Origin: Planctomycetota bacterium
GTDB lineage: Bacteria; Planctomycetota; UBA8108; UBA1146
DNA: 63,273 bases
NCBI GenBank assembly: GCA_036338595.1
Contig: JAYZBV010000111.1
Location: forward strand, 1-63,273
Reading direction: 5' to 3'
Positions 10,050 to 19,638 of the stretch are shown here, in pieces. The stretch's first letter is position 1. The number at the start of each line of letters is the position of its first letter. The translations under genes were made by a program, and so were the position numbers. Below the pieces are notes generated by a model. It saw only the letters and a list, made by a program, of their open reading frames with translations, was not told where the DNA came from and made no database searches.

Positions 10050-11288
10050 ATGACAACTTCAATGCTGATCTGCCTGTGGATTTCACCGCTTCTGGTTCCC
10101 ACCGGAGATCTCCTGTCGGTGGAGCCCGAGGACTGGGATGCGGCGGTGAAGTCATCGATATCGACGCTGGTCACTAACCAGGAGTCGATGACAAAAGAGA
10201 CCCAGAAAAAACTCGACCCGGGCCAGGTCGAGGTTCGCGAATGGCCCTATGAAGGGGTCTACCGCGAGGGCGGAGAAATCCCTCCGGGTTATCGCGTCGG
10301 AGGCACCGCCATCGTGATGCGCTCCTTGATCGAAGTTCCAGGTCTCAAGAAGGACAAGGAACGAGCGGAATCGGTACTTCGAGGACTCTCATTTCTGCTC
10401 GAGGAATCACTGCGAGGCCCACGCATGGGAGTCGGCTTTCGCGGCGGCTACGATGTTCGCGACTGGGGTCACATCGAAAGCCTGGAAACTCTGCTGAGGA
10501 TGAAAGAACTGAATCTGATTCCCGGCAAATTGAAAAAGCCGTGCCAGAAGTTGATCGGTGAACTGGTCGAGACGCTGATCGAGAACGAGATCCCCGGAGG
10601 CGGCTGGAACTACTCGCGCCGTCGTAGAGCCAGCAGTCCCAGTCCCGCTTCCCCCTTCATGACGGCACCCGCAGCGATGGCCTTGATGAGAGCCAGGGAT
10701 CACGGTCTGAAATTCGACACCGCGGTGATCGATCGCGCCCTCGACACCCTCGAGGCAGCACGTCTCGAAACGGGTGCCTTTCAGTACTCGACAAATCCTG
10801 ATCGGGTCACCGGTGAGGGATTCGAGGCGGTCGAGGGTGCCTGTGCCCGGATGGCTGTCTGCGAGACGGCGCTGTGGCTGGCGGGCCGGGCAGACACTGC
10901 TCGCGTCCGTGCATCCGTGGAGGCATTTCTGGAACACTGGGAATGGCTCGAAAAGAGACGCTCCCAGACGGGAACGCATATCCCCCCCTATTTCATCGCC
11001 CCTTACTACTTCTTCTACGGCCACACCCATGCTTCACGCGCCCTGCTGGCACTTCCGGAGGCGGAGCGGGAACCGTTGAGGAAGCAGATCCTGGCACGGC
11101 TCTGGCAGGTGAGGGGAGAGGACGGCTCCTGGAACGACCGCGTATTTCCACGCAGTTCTTCATACGGCACTGCCATGACGATTCTGGCTTTTCGAGCGCC
11201 GCAGAGTCCGTTACCGATGAGGGTAGTGACGAAGGAGGAGAAGGGCGCAGAAAAGGATCCCGAACCGCGGCGGAGTACAGGACTCTAG
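10050..11288 (+). CDS. Exported prenyltransferase/squalene-oxidase-like alpha/alpha-barrel protein
   Basis: Repeated helix + GxWxY / GAFQY / DGSW motifs; YYFFYGH.. typical of PVC barrel proteins; hydrophobic N-terminus. Confidence 0.65.
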   Translation: MTTSMLICLWISPLLVPTGDLLSVEPEDWDAAVKSSISTLVTNQESMTKETQKKLDPGQVEVREWPYEGVYREGGEIPPGYRVGGTAIVMRSLIEVPGLKKDKERAESVLRGLSFLLEESLRGPRMGVGFRGGYDVRDWGHIESLETLLRMKELNLIPGKLKKPCQKLIGELVETLIENEIPGGGWNYSRRRRASSPSPASPFMTAPAAMALMRARDHGLKFDTAVIDRALDTLEAARLETGAFQYSTNPDRVTGEGFEAVEGACARMAVCETALWLAGRADTARVRASVEAFLEHWEWLEKRRSQTGTHIPPYFIAPYYFFYGHTHASRALLALPEAEREPLRKQILARLWQVRGEDGSWNDRVFPRSSSYGTAMTILAFRAPQSPLPMRVVTKEEKGAEKDPEPRRSTGL

Positions 11289-12481
11289 TCGACCAGTTCC
11301 TCTCGAAGGCGGCGCACGAACAGACCGACATCAGTAACGATCCCGAGCGTCTGCGCCGATCCTCGATCTGCCAGTTTTGTCACCACCGCAGGATGAATAT
11401 CCACACAGACCAGTGGCACCCTGGCGGGCAACATGTTTCCGACGCCGATCCCGTGCAGCATCGATGCCAGAACGATGACCAGACCTGCATCCTGAAGCTG
11501 TTCCGAATAGAGTTCCTGCGCAGCGATCAGATCCATCTCCGTATCCGGCAGCGGACCATCATCTCGAATCGATCCCGCCAGCACGAACGGAACCTGGTTT
11601 TTTACAAGGGCATGCATCAAACCACCCTCGAGAACTCCCGAAGCGACCGCCGCCTCGATGGACCCCTCTGCGCGGATCCGATTGATCGCACGCATGTGAT
11701 GGGCGTGGCCATGCTTCACGACACTTCCATCCGAAATCGAAATACCGAGACTGGTGCCGTGCAACTGGGCCTCGATGTCGTGGACAGCCAGGGCATTTCC
11801 ACTGAGCACTGCGTCGATCCAACCCGAGTTTGCGAGTTGAGCCAGATCATGCGAAGCGCCGGTGTGGACCACAACTGGCCCCACAACCCAGACCACCTTC
11901 TGACCCGCCTTGCGTGCAGCCCGCGCCAGATCGGCCACGCTGCGAGCCTGGATCTCGACCCTGCGTTCAGAAGAAACCTCGTTGGCCATGAAGGCAAAGG
12001 CGTGCGATGGCTCCGTCTTCTCTCCAGTGATCAGGCGCACCCCCTCCTCGCCAACGAGTACCGACTCTCCGCCGATCAGGTCACGTAATTTGGTGCAGGA
12101 GAGCACTCCACTTCTGTTGGTCACACAGGCATCCATGCGCTGCTTCTGCAGCGGCTGCCAACTGCCCGCCTCGAAGACCTCGGTATCGTGATGGGTGGTG
12201 CTGTAGAAGCCACTCGGAGCAACCCCTGCATCTGGAGCTTCTTGCCATCGGGCTACAGGTTGTTGGGGCTCCTCGAAACCGATCGAAACCAGGGAAGAAA
12301 CCAGCGCATCGCCGGCAGAAGATTCCGGCGCCCGCACCTTCAACTGCAGATCGGAGGCGGTCAGCCGAAGCACCTCAATCTCCCCGCGCTGTGCCTCGGC
12401 AGCCTTCATGGCGGCAGCAAGCAACGATGGGAGATCTTTCCCCGATCCAGCAAAGAGGTTCTTTTCGAATGTGGACGACAT
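11285..12481 (-). CDS. TIGR00300-family protein (ornithine cyclodeaminase-like; LOR/SDH-conserved domain)
   Basis: FYSTTHH, RMDA, FAFMANEVSSER, GPVVVHTG, GNALAVHDIE, GHAHHMRAIN, LAGSIRDDGPLPD, MLHGIGVGNMLP, VTKLADRGS; start moved to ATG 12481. Confidence 0.88.
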   Translation of the reverse strand: MSSTFEKNLFAGSGKDLPSLLAAAMKAAEAQRGEIEVLRLTASDLQLKVRAPESSAGDALVSSLVSIGFEEPQQPVARWQEAPDAGVAPSGFYSTTHHDTEVFEAGSWQPLQKQRMDACVTNRSGVLSCTKLRDLIGGESVLVGEEGVRLITGEKTEPSHAFAFMANEVSSERRVEIQARSVADLARAARKAGQKVVWVVGPVVVHTGASHDLAQLANSGWIDAVLSGNALAVHDIEAQLHGTSLGISISDGSVVKHGHAHHMRAINRIRAEGSIEAAVASGVLEGGLMHALVKNQVPFVLAGSIRDDGPLPDTEMDLIAAQELYSEQLQDAGLVIVLASMLHGIGVGNMLPARVPLVCVDIHPAVVTKLADRGSAQTLGIVTDVGLFVRRLREELVD

Positions 12482-12599
12482 GGTGAGACTATTCCCTGTG
12501 TTTCCGACCCGAGTCCCGTCACCCTGTCGGAGCCGCAGGATAGCATGGCTTGGTCCCCAGGCGAGGGGGACCATCACTCTCATCCGGAAAGGTAAATTC

Positions 12600-14324
12600 T
12601 TGCTGCCCAGTCGAAGGTTTTCCCCCGGCGATACCACCGGAGCGGGAAGTTCACACGACGAGACTCGACCACTGCAGGTCCCTCGACTCGAGCGGATCGG
12701 AACCTTCACCATCGAGGAAAAGATCGGTGAAGGTGGCATGGGTGTGGTCTATCGGGCGCGTGATCCTCGGCTGCAGAGAACCGTTGCGATCAAGCGCATA
12801 CACCCCCGGCTGCAAGGTCGCGAGGAGGTGATGGATCGATTCTTATCGGAGGCGCGAGCGATCGCCGCCGTCAGTCACCCCAATATCGGCCAGATTTACG
12901 CCATTCACGATGAAGAGGATCTGCCCTACCTGGTGATGGAATTGTTGCAGGGGCCCAGTTTCGATCAACTGGTCGAGCGAGATGGTCCCCTCTCTTCCGC
13001 GGAGACAATTCGAGTGGCCATCTCTGCAGCCAAGGCGCTGAGAGCGGCCGTTCGCAGTGGAATCATTCACCGTGACGTCAAGCCGTCGAACTTGCTCGTC
13101 GACTCCAGAGGTGAGGTCAAGCTGGTCGACTTCGGTCTCGCAGGTAATCTGGGAGAAAATCCGCAGGACGACCCGGAGTTGCTCTGCACTCCTCAGTACG
13201 GCTCGCCGGAACAGATCCAGGGCTGGTCCCTGGATGAACGCTCCGACATCTACAGCCTCGGTGCCACATTATTTCATCTACTGACTGGCAAGCCTCCCTT
13301 CGAGCGCGAAACCCGAGTCGACCTGATGGTGGCTCAGGTCAACGAACCGGCTCCCCATCCTGGCTCGATCCAGCAGGGGATTCACCCCGAACTGGCAAGC
13401 CTGGTCATCCGGATGCTGGAAAAGAAACCTGAAGATCGTCCGCACGATCATGAAGCCCTGCTCGATGAACTGACCGCACTGCAACAGAAGATCGACCCCG
13501 CTGCTGTCCGGAACAGGAAGGCATCCGGTCTCCTGCTTGCCAGCGGTGTGGCGACCATCATCGGCGCCGTCGTACTGAGCATCATGTGGCCCGACAGCAA
13601 CAAGGGTGCGGGTATCCAGGTCGATGGGACCCTTCGCGGCGTGCTTTCTGCAGCTGCGCCGTACGATCTGCTAACCTACAATTTTGGCGTTGAAGGGGAC
13701 CGGCTGGAACGATTCTTCAGGCTTCCCTCGCTTCCCCAGGACCCGACCGGGCACAGCAGAATCGCCCCGGTGGTGCTCGACGGAGTATTGCTCTGGGCCA
13801 ACGACCCGCGCCCCATCTCCTTTCCCTATCTGACTGAGCTGCGTCGATGGCGCATCGAGGGGCTGCGCTGCCTCGGCTCCCCCGATCTTGAATTGCGAAC
13901 GGGGCAGGATCCTGAGCGTCCCGGGGATCGACTCCGCATCGGACTCGCGGTGGGAAGACAGATCTCGCCACGAGTCGAGGTACTTCGATCGGGAATTCCA
14001 GTTCCTGTGGAGATCGAAGAGCTCTCGATCACTTCCTACATCCAGGAAGGGATCGGCCACTCCGTCTCGCTCGAGAAGCGGCATTCCGAGGACCCTGCGA
14101 GGGCCAGGTACCGCCTCCAGGTCAGCCGGGAGACTGAACCTGTGACCCCCATCTCGACGCTCATCTTCTCGCTTCCGATCGATTGCGTTCCCCGAGGAGC
14201 TCTCGCCATCCGATGTGAAGGCGACCTGACCGGCTGGAACTCCCGTATCGAGCGGGTGGAGATCCTTGGACTCCTCGACCGGGACAGGATCCAGCGCAGC
14301 TGGATCCTCGAGGGAGGACCTTGA
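12600..14324 (+). CDS. Hanks-type Ser/Thr protein kinase with TM and extracytoplasmic C-terminal domain
   Basis: GEGGMGVVY, VAIK, HRDVKPSN, DFG, TPQYGSPEQ, SDIYSLG; TM LLLASGVATIIGAVVLSIMW; probable TTG start at 12600 (start uncertain). Confidence 0.92.
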   Translation: MLPSRRFSPGDTTGAGSSHDETRPLQVPRLERIGTFTIEEKIGEGGMGVVYRARDPRLQRTVAIKRIHPRLQGREEVMDRFLSEARAIAAVSHPNIGQIYAIHDEEDLPYLVMELLQGPSFDQLVERDGPLSSAETIRVAISAAKALRAAVRSGIIHRDVKPSNLLVDSRGEVKLVDFGLAGNLGENPQDDPELLCTPQYGSPEQIQGWSLDERSDIYSLGATLFHLLTGKPPFERETRVDLMVAQVNEPAPHPGSIQQGIHPELASLVIRMLEKKPEDRPHDHEALLDELTALQQKIDPAAVRNRKASGLLLASGVATIIGAVVLSIMWPDSNKGAGIQVDGTLRGVLSAAAPYDLLTYNFGVEGDRLERFFRLPSLPQDPTGHSRIAPVVLDGVLLWANDPRPISFPYLTELRRWRIEGLRCLGSPDLELRTGQDPERPGDRLRIGLAVGRQISPRVEVLRSGIPVPVEIEELSITSYIQEGIGHSVSLEKRHSEDPARARYRLQVSRETEPVTPISTLIFSLPIDCVPRGALAIRCEGDLTGWNSRIERVEILGLLDRDRIQRSWILEGGP

Positions 14325-16192
14325 GCACTCGACTTCACATCTGCACTCCTGAAGGCGGCTTTCGTGCCGTCGACATCTCTGTCGAACAGGCTTCATCTGA
14401 AGGAGTGGTCATCGGACGCGACCCCTCTGCAGATGTCTTCATCGATGATCCTGCAGCGAGCAGATTTCACGCTCGCCTGCTCCGTGATGACCTTCAGTGG
14501 CGAGTTCAGGATCTAGAATCGTCAAACGGCACCTTTCTGAACGGCGATCCGATCCGTGAATCTGAACTCGCTCCCGGCGACCGCCTCGGCATCGGAGACT
14601 GTGAACTCAGGCTCGAAGCAGCGATCTCCATGGCATCTGCTTCAGGCTCAAATACCCAGGTGATTCAGCGTATCGAGGTCAACCCCTCCCCACTCGACGG
14701 CAAACGCGCTGCAGAGATCCTGGTCGCCCTTCACTCCTGCGCGCCATTGCTCGGCAGTTGTTCCGTCGAGAACACGCAACGGCTGGAACAGGGCTTGCGC
14801 CACCTGGTGGAAGGTACCAACGCAGACAGAGGAGCCATCCTCATCGCCGAGGAGGGCGGCTGGTTGTGCAGATCCGCCTGGTCTCGCGGCGGCACACCGA
14901 TGCGAGGATTTGTGCTCAGCCACACGATTCAATCGGAGGTGATGCAGAGCCGTCGAGCGGTCATCTCTCTCGACACCACCGAGGATGCACGCTTTCTCGA
15001 CCGCAGAAGCGTTGTCGGAGATGAAATCCGATCGGTGATCGCAGCGCCGATCCCCGTCCAGGATGGAATCGGTGGGATCCTCTACATCGATCGGCTCGAC
15101 GGAGACAACCGCCCCTTTGGCAACGAGGAATTGTGGGCAACAGGAATCGCAGCAGGCATCGTCGGAGCTGGACTATCCGTTGGTGAAGAACTGCACGAGC
15201 TCTCCGCAGGTCGCGAAGAACTGGTCCGGACCGTGATCGACTCGATACCCATCATCGGAAATTCGGAACCGATCGAGCAGGTTCGCACCTTCATTCGAAA
15301 GACAGCGCCGACGGAAGGAACAGTATTGATCCGTGGCGAAACGGGGACGGGAAAGGAACTTGTCGCTCGAGCAATTCACTACCAGGGCAGCCGTGCAGCC
15401 GCCCCATTCATCGCGTTGAACTGCGCTGCGATACCTGAAAACCTGGTCGAGAGTGAATTGTTTGGTCACGAAAAAGGTGCGTTCACCGGCGCAGACAAGC
15501 AGAAGCCTGGCAAGTTCGAGGTCGCTGCAGGAGGAACCGTATTTCTCGACGAGATCGGAGAACTACCTGCCGCTACACAATCAAAGATGCTGCGACTCCT
15601 CGAGGAGAAAAGGCTCGATCGCGTCGGCGGAAACAAGTCGATCGAGGTCGATGTACGCATCGTCGCAGCCACTCACAGGGACCTACAGGAAGAGGTTCAG
15701 CAGAGGCGATTCCGTGAGGATCTGTACTACCGCCTCGCAGTTCTGGAAGTCGTGGTGCCGCCACTTCGAGATCGACCCGGCGACATCGATCTCCTTATCG
15801 ATCACTTTCTGGACCTCTGCTGCGGGAGGGACCGCGAACGCAAGCAGATGGTGCCTGAAGCGCGGGCAGCACTGCGTGTTCATTCGTGGCCAGGAAATGT
15901 CCGCCAGCTGAGAAATGTCATCGAGAGTGCCGTGATCCTCTCCACATCTCCGGTTCTTCAGGTGAGCGACCTGAGGCTCGACCACACGGCACAACTACGG
16001 AGTACTCCCGGTTCGTCGGACGGATGGGAACCGATCACGCTGAAGGAACTGGAGCGACAGCACATCCTCCGCATCCTGAACCACGTCAGCTGGAACAAGA
16101 AGAAAGCCGCAGAGTTGCTCGGGATCGAGCGGTCAACCCTGTATTCGCGAATCAAGAACCTCGAAATCTCGCCACCGGAGGAGTCCTCTTGA
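14321..16192 (+). CDS. FHA-GAF-sigma54 AAA+-HTH enhancer-binding protein
   Basis: FHA motifs IGR, SRFHA, SSNGT; GAF region (SVIAAPI..GILYID); GETGTGKE; canonical GAFTGA; WPGNVRQL; Fis HTH; 4-bp overlap with the kinase. Confidence 0.93.
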   Translation: MSTRLHICTPEGGFRAVDISVEQASSEGVVIGRDPSADVFIDDPAASRFHARLLRDDLQWRVQDLESSNGTFLNGDPIRESELAPGDRLGIGDCELRLEAAISMASASGSNTQVIQRIEVNPSPLDGKRAAEILVALHSCAPLLGSCSVENTQRLEQGLRHLVEGTNADRGAILIAEEGGWLCRSAWSRGGTPMRGFVLSHTIQSEVMQSRRAVISLDTTEDARFLDRRSVVGDEIRSVIAAPIPVQDGIGGILYIDRLDGDNRPFGNEELWATGIAAGIVGAGLSVGEELHELSAGREELVRTVIDSIPIIGNSEPIEQVRTFIRKTAPTEGTVLIRGETGTGKELVARAIHYQGSRAAAPFIALNCAAIPENLVESELFGHEKGAFTGADKQKPGKFEVAAGGTVFLDEIGELPAATQSKMLRLLEEKRLDRVGGNKSIEVDVRIVAATHRDLQEEVQQRRFREDLYYRLAVLEVVVPPLRDRPGDIDLLIDHFLDLCCGRDRERKQMVPEARAALRVHSWPGNVRQLRNVIESAVILSTSPVLQVSDLRLDHTAQLRSTPGSSDGWEPITLKELERQHILRILNHVSWNKKKAAELLGIERSTLYSRIKNLEISPPEESS

Positions 16193-16968
16193 TGACTGTA
16201 GTTCTGGCTTCCTGGATCGGCCTGATGATTCCGATACCTCAATCGGAGGAGTCTGTCATTCCCTCCGGCACCATCCCGGTCGGCATCGTGCTGCAAGGTT
16301 GGAGTGTCGTGACCGAGCAACAGGTGATCACTGAATTCCCGACACTGGGTCACCGTCCCCTGAAAATGATTCGTCGGATGAAACTATCCGTTCCCGGCAG
16401 TGAGATGTTGCTGCTGGGAATGCTGCGTTCAGAGGGGATCGAGTTGAAACCGATCCGCAGAGGAGTGAGCAGGAGTGCGCACTGGGCCACCACCGATCCA
16501 TCGGCCTCACCTCCACTGGCTCGTTACGAGGTGCGTGTAATTCGCATCGAACACATCCATCCCGAGCCGATATGCAAACTGCTTCGCAATGAGGCGGGCA
16601 AGCTGGAAGCATCGATCGGGCCCCTCGACCGTAGGAGTCGATTTGTCCCCGATCTGCGCAGCGGATCCGTGATCATCTCCTGCGCATCCCCGGCCCGACT
16701 CTCACGCTACGTGAAACTGCTGGCTGCCGCAGATCGTCCACCTGTGGCGGGTACCCATCGTCCCGTGCTACGCCACTGGCGCGTTCGATTCAGTCGTGCC
16801 AGTGAACTCGCCGTGGAACTGGATCGAGCGTGGACAGATCGTGGCGGAGTGCCGCTTCACATCGTGCCCCACGAGGCATCCAACAACCTCCTGATCCGGG
16901 TCCCCAAGCACCTCTGGCCTGCCGTCGAGACGCTGCTGGAGCAGCTCGACCGCGCCTCCGGTTCCTGA
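16192..16968 (+). CDS. Protein with two secretin N (NolW-like) domains but no secretin barrel (258 aa)
   Basis: VRVIRIEHIHPEPICKLL..FVPDLRSGSVIIS..LLAAAD and HWRVRFSRASELA..IVPHEASNNLLIR..VETLLEQLD parallel GspD N-domains (e.g. IVPHEPTNSLIIQ..IEVILKQID); ATG overlaps the upstream TGA. Confidence 0.7.
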   Translation: MTVVLASWIGLMIPIPQSEESVIPSGTIPVGIVLQGWSVVTEQQVITEFPTLGHRPLKMIRRMKLSVPGSEMLLLGMLRSEGIELKPIRRGVSRSAHWATTDPSASPPLARYEVRVIRIEHIHPEPICKLLRNEAGKLEASIGPLDRRSRFVPDLRSGSVIISCASPARLSRYVKLLAAADRPPVAGTHRPVLRHWRVRFSRASELAVELDRAWTDRGGVPLHIVPHEASNNLLIRVPKHLWPAVETLLEQLDRASGS

Positions 16969-17107
16969 CCAGACCGACTCAACTGTGTTCGATTCCCATA
17001 CACTTCTCACCCCAGATAGGGTCGAGACGGGCCCTCTGAAGATTACCGGATGGTCCCTAACTCCTTTTGGAAAATAAAGTTGCGGAAGTTGCCCCGTTGG
17101 CATGGAC

Positions 17108-17123
17108 GGGCATTTCATTTGCG
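17108..17123 (+). promoter_or_regulatory. Putative sigma54 promoter for gspD-J
   Basis: GGGCATTTCATTTGCG: GG(17109-10)-N10-GC(17121-22), GGCA-N6-TTGC; about 150 bp upstream of the probable gspD start. Confidence 0.6.
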
Positions 17124-17271
17124 CAATGATGCCATGACCTGCGTCCCTCATAGCCGAGGGACCGATGAGGTCAACGCCGTGGCCTCCAGCTGGATCCGCC
17201 CCGCTCAAAGAATCCGGGATCTTCCCGAAAGTGAAGTCTCGATCCAGCCGATCAAGGAGAGAGGAAGCGCC

Positions 17272-19638
17272 ATGAACCCGACAATGGAAGGGTGTGTCAA
17301 GATGGCCCGCAATTGGAAGGTCTCCTGCCTGGAGACGCTGTTACCCGACCCCCTGAAGGCCCTGGTGGCCTTGCTGGGACTCATCCTGATCCTTGGCCTT
17401 GCCGGCCCTGGGTCGCTTCAGGCTCAGGATCCTGCAGATCCAGCCGCGACCGAGGCCAGTACCCCCGACGGCTCCGACGATGAGGACCCGGATGAGGACG
17501 AAAGAGCCGCAGCCACTGCCTCCGACTCCGACGATGCGTCCGGATTCGACTCCTTCGTGATGTCAGAGGGCAAGTTCCCGGTACTGAGTCTGCTTCGCTT
17601 CATCCAGCGAACCACTGGCAAGTTCGTCAACTACCCCTCCACGGGCAATGATCCGGCGTTCGCGGAGGAGACCTTCGTCGATGTGGTCGGGGATGTCGAC
17701 CCGCTCACCTATCCCATCGTGCAGGCCATCCTCGAGACCAACGGCTACGAGATGTGGGAGAGCACCCTCGACGACGGCACCGTGGTGATCAATGTGCGGG
17801 CCACGACGGCACGAACTCAACCGCCGTCAGATCCGGTCAGCCCCATCATCGTGGCAGGCACAGAATCGACTCGGGATGAGGGTGACGAACTCGCCACCCT
17901 GGTGCTGCAACTGAAGTTCGTGGAGACCAGTGTCGTCAGACAGGCACTTCAGGAACTCCTCGGCATCCAGGGAGCTGGCAGTCAGAGCGGTAGCCTCAAG
18001 ATCGTCACCGTGACCAACAATGAAACCCTCATCATCAAGGCCAAGATGCGAGTTCTCGATCACATCCAACGCCTCGTCGAATACATCGATATCGAGGTCA
18101 CAGGTCCCGAAGAAGTGCTGGTGATCCGCGAGCTCTTCTATGCCGATGCACAGGACATCGTCAGCATCGTCCAGGAGGCATTGACCGACAATTCCACCTT
18201 TGGATCGACCGGACGCAGAACCTCGACGCCATCCTCTCAGCAGGGCAGAACCACCGGAACTGCAAACCGCAGCTCGCTCGGCCGCGGCAGTGCTCTCGCA
18301 GGTGAAGCGACTCGACTGATCGCCGACAATCGAACCCAGAAGATCATCATCCAGTCCTCGGATCCGGCTGAACTAGATCTGGTACAGCAGTTGATCGACG
18401 AACTCGATACCAAGATTCGTAATATTCGCAACACGACCTGGATCTACAAGGTCCACTACCTCAAAGCTGAGGAACTGGCAGACACGATTCGCCCGCTCGT
18501 CGATGAAAACGGTTCTCTGCGCCGGACCGGAAGCAGTTCCAGCAGAACCACGAGCCGCACCACCGGCCGAGGCACCGCCGGAGCAGGAGGCGTCCAGCAG
18601 CAGCAGCAGTTCACCCAGACCCAGATTGTCCCCCACGAGCCGACCAACTCGCTGATCATCCAGGCGGAGCCTGAGGAGTACGAACAGATCGAAGTGATCC
18701 TGAAGCAGATCGACAAGAGACGACGGCAGGTATTCCTGGAGGTCGCGCTGGTGCAGGTGAAAGACAGTTCGAGCCTCAACTACACTCTTGAGTTCCTGGC
18801 AGGCAACCTGGATGACCAGGCACTCACCGGTGTTCTCCTGAGTGCCTTCGGAGGCAGCGAGGTGGTTCCCAATCTCGACCCCAATGGTGTGATCACTGGC
18901 ATCAACAGGATCCCCGGGATTGGCGGTGCAGGACTCAGCGCCGTGCTGCAGCAGGATGGGCAATTCCCATTGATCATGAACGCACTCAAATCGGATGAGG
19001 ACTCAAATATCCTCGCCACACCCTTCATCCTCGCCGACGACAACCAGGAGAACTCGATCTCGGTCCAGACCGAGATCTTCTACACCACCTCGAATACCAC
19101 GAACGTCAACACCACCACTTCTCAGCAATCGGAAAGTGCCGGAATCACGCTATCGCTGGTTCCTACCATCTCGAGTGAAGTGGTATTGCTGGCGCTGGAA
19201 CTGGAGGTCTCCTCCTTCTCCGGTGTCAGTGACGGAACAGGTGCTCTTCCCGATCGGTCTACGAATGTCATCAGTTCCAAGGTGACGATTCCCGATGGAG
19301 GCATGTTCATCATCGGGGGTCTTGCCCAGATGTCAGCAGGTGCGATCCAGAGCAAGGTGCCCCTGCTGGGAGATCTACCCTTCATCGGGACGCTGTTTCA
19401 GTCGAGTGGATCGAGCAATTCGAGAGACAACCTCTACGTGTTCCTGAGTGCTCATATTCTCGATGACGATCGCTTCAATAACCTGGGTGATTTCACACGG
19501 GATGCGATCCAGGGAGTGCGTTCCTTCCAGGATGACCTGAGGCTGCAACAGTTCTCGGATCCCGACAACGAGCGCGATGTGGAACTGAGGCCGCTGGTGC
19601 GCCCGGGCATTGGCACCGCTGCGGAGCAGCAGCCATGA
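17272..19638 (+). CDS. gspD: Type II secretion secretin GspD
   Basis: Signal peptide ending LQA-QD; N0-N3 domains; QVFLEVALVQV; NILATPFILADDNQE; KVPLLGDLPFIGTLF; start moved to ATG 17272 (RBS AGGAGAG), 17302 is an alternative. Confidence 0.9.
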   Translation: MNPTMEGCVKMARNWKVSCLETLLPDPLKALVALLGLILILGLAGPGSLQAQDPADPAATEASTPDGSDDEDPDEDERAAATASDSDDASGFDSFVMSEGKFPVLSLLRFIQRTTGKFVNYPSTGNDPAFAEETFVDVVGDVDPLTYPIVQAILETNGYEMWESTLDDGTVVINVRATTARTQPPSDPVSPIIVAGTESTRDEGDELATLVLQLKFVETSVVRQALQELLGIQGAGSQSGSLKIVTVTNNETLIIKAKMRVLDHIQRLVEYIDIEVTGPEEVLVIRELFYADAQDIVSIVQEALTDNSTFGSTGRRTSTPSSQQGRTTGTANRSSLGRGSALAGEATRLIADNRTQKIIIQSSDPAELDLVQQLIDELDTKIRNIRNTTWIYKVHYLKAEELADTIRPLVDENGSLRRTGSSSSRTTSRTTGRGTAGAGGVQQQQQFTQTQIVPHEPTNSLIIQAEPEEYEQIEVILKQIDKRRRQVFLEVALVQVKDSSSLNYTLEFLAGNLDDQALTGVLLSAFGGSEVVPNLDPNGVITGINRIPGIGGAGLSAVLQQDGQFPLIMNALKSDEDSNILATPFILADDNQENSISVQTEIFYTTSNTTNVNTTTSQQSESAGITLSLVPTISSEVVLLALELEVSSFSGVSDGTGALPDRSTNVISSKVTIPDGGMFIIGGLAQMSAGAIQSKVPLLGDLPFIGTLFQSSGSSNSRDNLYVFLSAHILDDDRFNNLGDFTRDAIQGVRSFQDDLRLQQFSDPDNERDVELRPLVRPGIGTAAEQQP

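Noticed and set aside
10874..12088. 404-aa + strand ORF
   Set aside because: Overlaps two better-supported genes in other frames; no motifs
17050..17271. N-terminal extension of gspD in the ORF track (similar extensions in the kinase, murD, radA, hemF and TIGR00300 ORFs)
   Set aside because: Extensions overlap promoters or neighbouring genes; downstream starts have better RBS or signal-peptide context
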